Origin: Candidatus Latescibacterota bacterium | GTDB lineage: Bacteria > Latescibacterota > UBA2968 > GCA-2709665 | Length of the DNA: 64,000 nucleotides | Assembly: GCA_965226795.1 (NCBI GenBank) | Contig: CBDDDZ010000005.1 | Coordinates: 3,040,001-3,104,000 of the forward strand | Direction: 5' to 3' | Shown: piece after piece, positions 60,801-64,000 of the stretch | Layout of the letters: each line of letters begins with the position of its first letter | Numbering within the stretch: position 1 is the stretch's first letter | Translations under genes and position numbers: made by a program | Notes under the pieces: model-generated | Told to the model about the DNA's origin: nothing | The model's database searches: none | The model's input: the letters and a program-made list of their open reading frames with translations, nothing else

Positions 60801-62472
60801 GGGTCGCTGTGTCCCACAGCCTGATCGAACCATCTGAGGATGCGGATGCGAGGCGGGTCCCGTCGGGCGAAAAAGCCACGGAAGTGACAGCATTCGCATG
60901 TCTCTCGAAGTTGGCAGTCTGTTGCCGGGTCCGCACGTTCCACAACCTGACCGTCTTGTCAAAGGATCCGGAGGCGAGCGTCCCATCGCGGGAAAAGGCC
61001 ACGGAAGCGACCGCACCCGTGTGCCCCCGGAGGGTGGCGATGCGTTGTCGGGTCGTCACGTCCCACAGCTCGATCGTGCTGTTCCATGTGCCTACCGCGA
61101 GGGTCTTCCCGTCGGGTGAAAACGACACCGCAGCAGGTTGATCCCCCGCGAGAGGGGCGATCTGTTGCCCCGTAGCGACACTCCACAAGCTGAGTCGGTA
61201 CGCGGCATAGGCGAGGACCTTCCCATCCGGCGAGAGTGCCACGGAAGAGACTCCGCTATCCGTACCCCTGGTAAAGGTGGAGATCCGTTGCTCGGTGGCG
61301 ACATCCCAGAGTCTGGCCGTGGCATCCCGGGATCCGGAGACGAGCCGGGTCCCGTCAGACGAGAACACCACCGATCCGACCACGTCCGTATGCCCCTCAA
61401 GGGTAGCTATTCGGTATGACGAAATCTGCTCGAGGCCGTACGTCTCCCGGTGCACATTCCCATCGGCGTCAACGGCCTCGACCAGGATCGGATGCCCGGT
61501 CGGGTTGGAAAGGCTTGTCGAGGGATCGGAAGGAATCACCCCGTCGTACTCGAACTCGACGACGGCGTCTGTCTGGTTCCCCACTCCCAGACATGCCTTC
61601 ACCTCAACATCGGGAAACTGCGAAACGAAAAGGATCACCTGGTGAACTCCTTGCGGATCCCTGACCTGGAGTTGGATGGTGACGCTTTCGGAGCCGGCTG
61701 GATATCGAGTCGACGAAAGGAGTTCGATGGTGGGCGGCGCCCCCTCTTCAGTCGAGGTTTCGGCATTGAAGTAGGGATGCACGGACAGGAATTCGGCAGC
61801 GCACGCGGAGAGCCGATCCCAGGCGACGAAAGTCTCGGACATGAAGTACGCACTGTTGCGGTCATCGTGGCGCAAGCCGAAGGCGTGTCCCATTTCATGG
61901 ACCACCAGCTCCCAGGAGTCCGGACTGGCAATCGGCGTGCTTTGGACCACCGCATAGCCACCATTCTTTCCCCGTCGGCCTCCGATTCCCGCAGGACCAC
62001 CCGGGCTTGTGTCCCGGACGATGAAATAGATGTTCGCATCCAGATCGTAGGTCTGCCCAAGCTCATCCCACACACGGTGGACGCTATTGGAGTAGTGACT
62101 GTCGGGGTGTTGTCCATCCACGCGATGCACCAGCGGCCCCCCCTGAGCATCGGTTTTGAAGGCGAAGGTCTTGTCGCCGTAGCCATGTCCCTGCATCTGC
62201 TCGGAAAAAAGGGTCTGAACCTGGCGAATCCTGACCTTCATCGAATCAACCAGATCGGAACGATATGTCCGGCCGTTGGGCAGGAAGTAGATCATCCGCA
62301 CGGTGCGCGGTTCGCCTACATTCAGATCCGCCGCCCTCTTGTCTGCAGGGTGGGGGTGATCGGCGTGCGACTGCTCTTCGACCGACGGGAGGTAGACATG
62401 GGCTATTGCCCCCGGAGAGAGTACAGGAAAGAGTAACGCGAGAATGATGGACTGAAGAAATGGTCGATTCAT
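57862..62472 (-). CDS. Secreted metzincin + WD40 + Ig-like + WD40 + Ig-like + EF-hand/dockerin-like protein
   Basis: Start MNRPFLQ with signal peptide, HEMGHAFGLRHD + YFMS, WD40 arrays, two Big_1-like domains, DFDGDGTVGFGDF tail. Confidence 0.9.
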   Translation of the reverse strand: MNRPFLQSIILALLFPVLSPGAIAHVYLPSVEEQSHADHPHPADKRAADLNVGEPRTVRMIYFLPNGRTYRSDLVDSMKVRIRQVQTLFSEQMQGHGYGDKTFAFKTDAQGGPLVHRVDGQHPDSHYSNSVHRVWDELGQTYDLDANIYFIVRDTSPGGPAGIGGRRGKNGGYAVVQSTPIASPDSWELVVHEMGHAFGLRHDDRNSAYFMSETFVAWDRLSACAAEFLSVHPYFNAETSTEEGAPPTIELLSSTRYPAGSESVTIQLQVRDPQGVHQVILFVSQFPDVEVKACLGVGNQTDAVVEFEYDGVIPSDPSTSLSNPTGHPILVEAVDADGNVHRETYGLEQISSYRIATLEGHTDVVGSVVFSSDGTRLVSGSRDATARLWDVATEQRISTFTRGTDSGVSSVALSPDGKVLAYAAYRLSLWSVATGQQIAPLAGDQPAAVSFSPDGKTLAVGTWNSTIELWDVTTRQRIATLRGHTGAVASVAFSRDGTLASGSFDKTVRLWNVRTRQQTANFERHANAVTSVAFSPDGTRLASASSDGSIRLWDTATRTEIAELLQGSFGLQSVSFSPDGSLLASGDNTGTILLWDLVLQEPIASLGSASGVYSVSISPDGEILASGQWDGTVNLWDITEWTGPRPRPTEVVIISGDNQQAAPGATLAQPLLVEVRDQFGNPLPGAAVTFTVTAGDGKLSERYAIEEATTDANGRAERSLTLGPDPGTNTVGISLGRRELATFHAESVGASVVDMGGDFQTWHLPAGAIRLGKGVLGEGDRAVAFFPDDQRLAVATGIGVVLYEVATSRAQALLPTASPVYSVAISPDGATVAAGLGNGGVELWEMERGTSIGTLEHSRIWVTAVAFSPDGRSLAAGSEDQIIKVWDVETQAPVATWEVVKKGNGIRSTLVDFSPDGTMLVSGFDDGTVRLWDVPTQTEVATLEGHSDGVEAVAFSPDGQMVASGSFDKTVRLWDVASRRQIASLGGHNWWVEVVAFSPDGRTLASGSSDRTAILWDVASRRQIATFEEHTKGVFSLAFSLDGQTLASGSKDGTVLLRDLETSNAAALTGHLPVFSMSMSPDGSTLASGVGGEILLWDVATREPIAALKGAFTDAPVSPVAFSPDGTVLASGGSLRAGGWGIALWDVGKREQIGTLRAGSVHSVEFSPNGRTLVSGAYDRTARLWDVASRQQIAVLEVREADDGVFSVAFSPDGTTLATGGGGIDESTGIRLWDIGTRQQIATLQGHGWGRIDALAFSPDGTILASGGGSHEGTIRLWDMDSRQQIATLQEPVVGPSGRVVGVSSLAFSPDGTILASGERGSGTVKLWEMATREQTATLGGHSEWVHSLAFSPDGGTLASGSRDGTMVLWDLQRVQLRPHTLTKVSDVEQQGPAGGILGDPFVVRVLDQNGAPVVGTTVTFSVTAGGGTLSVTTATTDENGRAATTLTLGSQPGTNTVAATAADLEPVAFTATARAASDFDGDGTVGFGDFVQFAANFGLSQGDEGYDARFDLDGNGAIGFSDFLIFASAFGKSTS

Positions 62473-62642
62473 ATGGCTATCCCCGTGTAATTTGACTTGA
62501 ACCCATGGGTTCCCTGACGCCGCCGTTGGCGCTTGCAGCACACCACGGAACTCGCCATTTCTCAGGCAGGGTCGTTTGCTAATTTCATTGGATCCCGTAT
62601 ACGATTGGTACGCGGCCCGCAGCCAAGTCTTTGACACGATTC

Positions 62643-63188
62643 TCAGTTCCCAAACGCGCCGGCAAAGATCAGAAAGTCGCTGAACCCGATCGTGCCGTTT
62701 TCGTCCAGATCGTACCGCGCATCGTATCCAGCATCGCCTTGACTTCGCCCGAATGCGGCGGCAAACCGGACGAAGTCGGCAAAACCGACGGTCCCGTCGC
62801 CGTCGAAGTCGGGAGTTGGAGGTTGAGATGTGACATACGGCTACATATCCCACAACAGAACCGTACCGCCATCACTCCCGCTTGCCAGGGTCTGTCCATC
62901 CGGACTAAACGATACGCTCCTGACCCAAGACGTATGCCCGGTGAGCAGGGAGAGTTCTTCACCCGTCTGTGTATCGTAGAGCCAAATACCGGGGGCACTT
63001 CCAACGGCAAGACGTGTTCCATCCGGAGAATACGCGATTTCGCTTATCCAGCCTTTTCCCAGGCGCGCTTTTGCACCTTCGGGTAGATTCAACGTATGCC
63101 CTCCAGGGGCGGTCTGTGCGAGGCTTGCCTGCACAAACAGGACCGCAACCAACAAGAGGACGAGATTGAACAACCGCCACTTTTTCAC
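62643..63188 (-). pseudogene. Collapsed secreted WD40 + EF-hand/dockerin-like gene with an in-frame TAG at 62841-62843
   Basis: Signal peptide, LPEGAKARLGKG, only about 2 WD units, WDM*PY, then an intact PDFDGDGTVGFADF...FAGAFGN stop in the same frame. Confidence 0.85.
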
Positions 63189-63286
63189 CTGAGATTCTCC
63201 TTTGGATTGAAGGCTGAGTGTTATGTGGATTCTTTTCTTTGCACCGCTGCGCCCGGCCGATCGAACACAGCAGTGTGAGCTTGTGC

Positions 63287-64000
63287 CTACGAACCGAACG
63301 CATCTACAAACCGGAAGAAATCGGCGAAATCCACCGTGCCGTTGCCGTCGAGGTCGAAGCGGGCGTCCGTGCCGCCGTACGCATCGGCAAAGAGGAAGAA
63401 GTCAACGAAATCGGTCTTGCCATCACCGTTGAAATCGGTCGAGGCTTGGCCAGATGCCGTCCACGGCGACATATCCCACAGCAGAATCGTGCCATCATCA
63501 GAGCCTGAAGCGAGGGTGGCCGCATCGGGTGAAAACGCCACCGAATTGACATTGACCCTACTCCCATGCCCGGAGAGGGTGGCTATATTCGTTTTCATCG
63601 CCACGTCCCACAGCCTGGCCGTGCCATCATCAGAGCCGGAAGCAAGGATCGTTCCATCGGGCGAAAACGACACCGAATTGACCTGATACGTATGCCCGGA
63701 GAGGGTGGCGATATGTGCTTTTGTCGCCATGTCCCACAGTTTGACCGTGTTATCCCGTGATCCTGAAGCGAGCATCGTCCCATCGGGTAAAAACGACACC
63801 GAATTGACCTGATTCGTATGCCCGGAGAGGGTGGCGATATTTGTCTTCGTCGCCACGTCCCACAGCCTAGCCGTGCCATCATCAGAGCCGGAAGCGAGCA
63901 TCGTTCCATCGGGTGAAAACGCCACAGTACGGACCCAATCCGTATGCCCCCCCTCAAGCGTGTTGATCTGTGTGCCCGTCGCCCCGTCCCACAGCTTGAT
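63287..64000 (-). CDS. WD40-repeat protein with EF-hand/dockerin-like tail, 5'-partial
   Basis: Near-identical WD units and DFNGDGKTDFVDF...DLDGNGTVDFADF; the frame runs off the window. Confidence 0.88.
   Translation of the reverse strand: MKLWDGATGTQINTLEGGHTDWVRTVAFSPDGTMLASGSDDGTARLWDVATKTNIATLSGHTNQVNSVSFLPDGTMLASGSRDNTVKLWDMATKAHIATLSGHTYQVNSVSFSPDGTILASGSDDGTARLWDVAMKTNIATLSGHGSRVNVNSVAFSPDAATLASGSDDGTILLWDMSPWTASGQASTDFNGDGKTDFVDFFLFADAYGGTDARFDLDGNGTVDFADFFRFVDAFGS

Noticed and set aside
52658..62436. Long plus-strand ORFs opposite the WD40 genes (e.g. 59260-60621, 57295-58389)
   Set aside because: They are antisense shadows of repetitive GC-rich genes, with no recognisable motifs.
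62841..62843. In-frame TAG as evidence of stop-codon recoding
   Set aside because: TAG terminates other intact genes here (e.g. 23286-23288, 29598-29600), and the gene is also internally collapsed; a nonsense mutation is simpler.
62473..62853. N-terminal extension of the 1663-aa ORF
   Set aside because: It is an alternative frame of the upstream pseudogene tail plus intergenic DNA; the signal peptide begins at 62472.
52027..64000. Diversity-generating retroelement acting on the repeated tails
   Set aside because: No reverse transcriptase is in the window, and the differences between copies look mostly synonymous rather than adenine-specific.

Overview
A GC-rich bacterial window, most consistent with an FCB-superphylum organism: it carries a PorV-family gene and a T9SS-type C-terminal domain. 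The SwfA-like PKS and the arrays of secreted WD40 proteins with EF-hand/dockerin-like tails suggest a sponge-associated lineage such as Latescibacterota; this taxonomy is inference only. Left to right: (1) the 3' part of an IS1380-family element inserted at a CTAG in cas2; (2) a lower-GC, rearranged type I-C-like cas operon on the minus strand (cas5-cas8c[cas11]-cas7-cas3-cas4-cas1-cas2), with a solitary degenerate CRISPR repeat over the cas2 start and no array in the window, preceded by a frameshifted aspartic protease and an HTH-WYL regulator with candidate operators; (3) a RelE/HigB-type toxin-antitoxin pair and a family of ~125-bp REP-containing repeats; (4) housekeeping and envelope genes, including a T9SS-associated cluster and enolase; (5) a GT2 / acyltransferase / SwfA-like iterative PKS / RND block; (6) four tandem secreted WD40 genes (two with metzincin and Ig-like domains, one pseudogene, one partial) sharing the same EF-hand/dockerin-like tail. 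All calls come from motif recognition by eye; no database searches were run.
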